A model generated the notes under the pieces. The model was given only the letters and a program-made list of their open reading frames with translations, searched no databases and was not told the DNA's origin. Of a stretch of DNA of 27,758 nt, positions 26,388 through 27,758 are shown piece after piece. Every line of letters starts with the position of its first letter. Position 1 is the stretch's first letter. A program made the translations under genes and the position numbers. Source of the stretch: Clostridia bacterium (GTDB taxonomy: Bacteria > Bacillota > Clostridia > Acetivibrionales > UBA4821); NCBI GenBank assembly GCA_041685035.1, contig JAWLGL010000001.1, forward strand, positions 1-27,758, given 5' to 3'.

Positions 26388-26417
26388 AATGTACCCTTGA
26401 GACACCCAGGGTACATT
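26388..26417 (-). terminator. Inverted repeat after the PLP-enzyme gene
   Basis: AATGTACCCT / AGGGTACATT 10-bp stem, T-rich downstream on the minus strand. Confidence 0.55.
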
Positions 26418-26437
26418 GAAAAGTATAAAAGCTGTAT

Positions 26438-27556
26438 TCAGTAATCAGGATTTTCAGTTGTACCTGTAAAAGTAAGAAGTACATTCTCTCCGGGCTTAAT
26501 TATCCGGTCTTCAATAGCCTTAAGTATGCCCATGCCGTTCAATATGCCTGCCTTTTCCATAATTGCCGACTGATTGCCTATTTTTTTAATTTTAGGCTTT
26601 ATGCCCAGTTCAAGAATAATATCAAGGATATCCTCCTCAAGCCGTTGGTAGTCTGACTGGTCTATGCAGTAAAAAGCGCCGCCATTATCGCTGATTATAC
26701 CGTGGAGATACCTGTAATTATTTTCTGGCCGTGTTGAATAAAGAGTAGGTTCAAGAATATTATCCGGATGAAGGTTTATATCCTCCTCAGCTAGATGACT
26801 GCGGTCATTGGACCAGGCATTATACATGGGACAGACGCCGGCCTGCTGGACACCGATAAATCCGGGAACAGAATCCAATTCAAGGCCTTCTTTCATAAGG
26901 GAATACAGTTTTTTATAAAAACCTGCCGGTCCATGACCTCCCGAGACAGCCTGGCTGACCCACTGAAAAGCTGTATCATTTTCAAGCATATATTCGAGAA
27001 CAAATAAGGTTCTGCATGAGTTTGCTTCGAGCTGATATTCGTTTGAAGGAACAAAAGGCAGTGAATTACTGCGGGCGAATTCTCTTGCTGCTGCGTTTAT
27101 TTCCCATTCAGGTTTATCAAGTATCTCCACCTCGTGAATGCCTTCTTTGAGCAGAGAAAAATCAAACTTATAGGCCGATATTCTTGGCATGAATATGTAT
27201 GTTTTGAGCTGATGGTTCTTACTGTACCTTGCTATTGCCGATGCTGTGTTGCCTGAAGAGCACGTAACCAGCCCTTTCGCTCCCTGCTCCAGGCATCTTG
27301 CGATGGAAGTGCAGGCAACTGAGGATTTAAAGTTGCCGTCAGCCATATAGGATGCCATGTCCAGAACAAAGATGTTGACACCGCAGCAATCTACAGGTCC
27401 GACTATGCGGCAGCCTTCCCTTATGGAAACACTTTTAAGCAGTTGAATATCAATTTTAGGCGAAAAAGACTTGCAGTACCTTAAGACTATGCTTTCTTCG
27501 GGCGAAACCGATGAATCGACATAATCCTTCAGGCCGATAGACGTATATGTAATCAT
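26438..27556 (-). CDS. Fold-type II PLP-dependent enzyme, divergent threonine-synthase-like
   Basis: G.FK (MADGNFKSS) Schiff-base Lys motif, TCSSGNTASAIA, QAVSGGHG, GVQQAGVCPM, EKAG, TFTGT. AGGAGG RBS. Confidence 0.78.
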   Translation of the reverse strand: MITYTSIGLKDYVDSSVSPEESIVLRYCKSFSPKIDIQLLKSVSIREGCRIVGPVDCCGVNIFVLDMASYMADGNFKSSVACTSIARCLEQGAKGLVTCSSGNTASAIARYSKNHQLKTYIFMPRISAYKFDFSLLKEGIHEVEILDKPEWEINAAAREFARSNSLPFVPSNEYQLEANSCRTLFVLEYMLENDTAFQWVSQAVSGGHGPAGFYKKLYSLMKEGLELDSVPGFIGVQQAGVCPMYNAWSNDRSHLAEEDINLHPDNILEPTLYSTRPENNYRYLHGIISDNGGAFYCIDQSDYQRLEEDILDIILELGIKPKIKKIGNQSAIMEKAGILNGMGILKAIEDRIIKPGENVLLTFTGTTENPDY

Positions 27557-27698
27557 TATTCAATTCTCCCTCCTGTTTATGTAATGACCTGAAAATCTGA
27601 TAACATAATATGCCGGTCGGGTAAAAAGTGAACCATAAACATAGGTAAAATAAATTAACCGCTCATAAGGGCTGCGAAATCAAGATAAACTAGATACT

Positions 27699-27758
27699 CC
27701 CTCTCCCTTGATGGGAGAGGGTTGGGGTGAGGGTGAAAAAGAAATACTAACACCCTCC
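27699..27758. repeat. REP-like palindromic repeat CCCTCTCCC-N5-GGGAGAGGG-TTGGGGTGAGGGTG...CACCCTCC, truncated by the window end
   Basis: Perfect 9-bp hairpin 27699-27721. GAGGGTG (27729-27735) pairs with CACCCTC (27751-27757). Confidence 0.75.

Noticed and set aside
27568-27580. TAAACAGGAGGGA shared upstream of the PLP enzyme and GGDEF genes
   Set aside because: Explained by Shine-Dalgarno preference. The rest of the leader motif is absent upstream of the PLP gene.

Overview
Chromosomal region of a spore-forming Clostridia-like firmicute. The taxon is inferred from gene content only. The window holds housekeeping genes (two-subunit transketolase, yabB/trmN6, rsmI, purA, nadE, dinB, D-2-hydroxyacid dehydrogenase, yjbQ) and sporulation-linked genes (sleB, spmAB, a triple-LysM protein, two AbrB paralogs, Spo0A boxes). 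It also holds several accessory genes: a GGDEF protein, a divergent dGTPase-like HD protein, a beta-propeller, DUF4434, an MCP, an MFS transporter and a threonine-synthase-like PLP enzyme. I found no rRNA, tRNA, CRISPR array or transposase. The most striking unexplained signal is that the GGDEF gene (1167) and the dGTPase-like gene (6426), which are unrelated and 5 kb apart, sit in near-identical transcription cassettes. Each has a sigma-A promoter, a shared structured leader with conserved blocks at the same distance from the -10 box and compensatory stem changes, then the gene, then a terminator overlapping the stop codon. Also noted are a MITE-like element, REP-like palindromes and two small ORFs missed by the ORF track.
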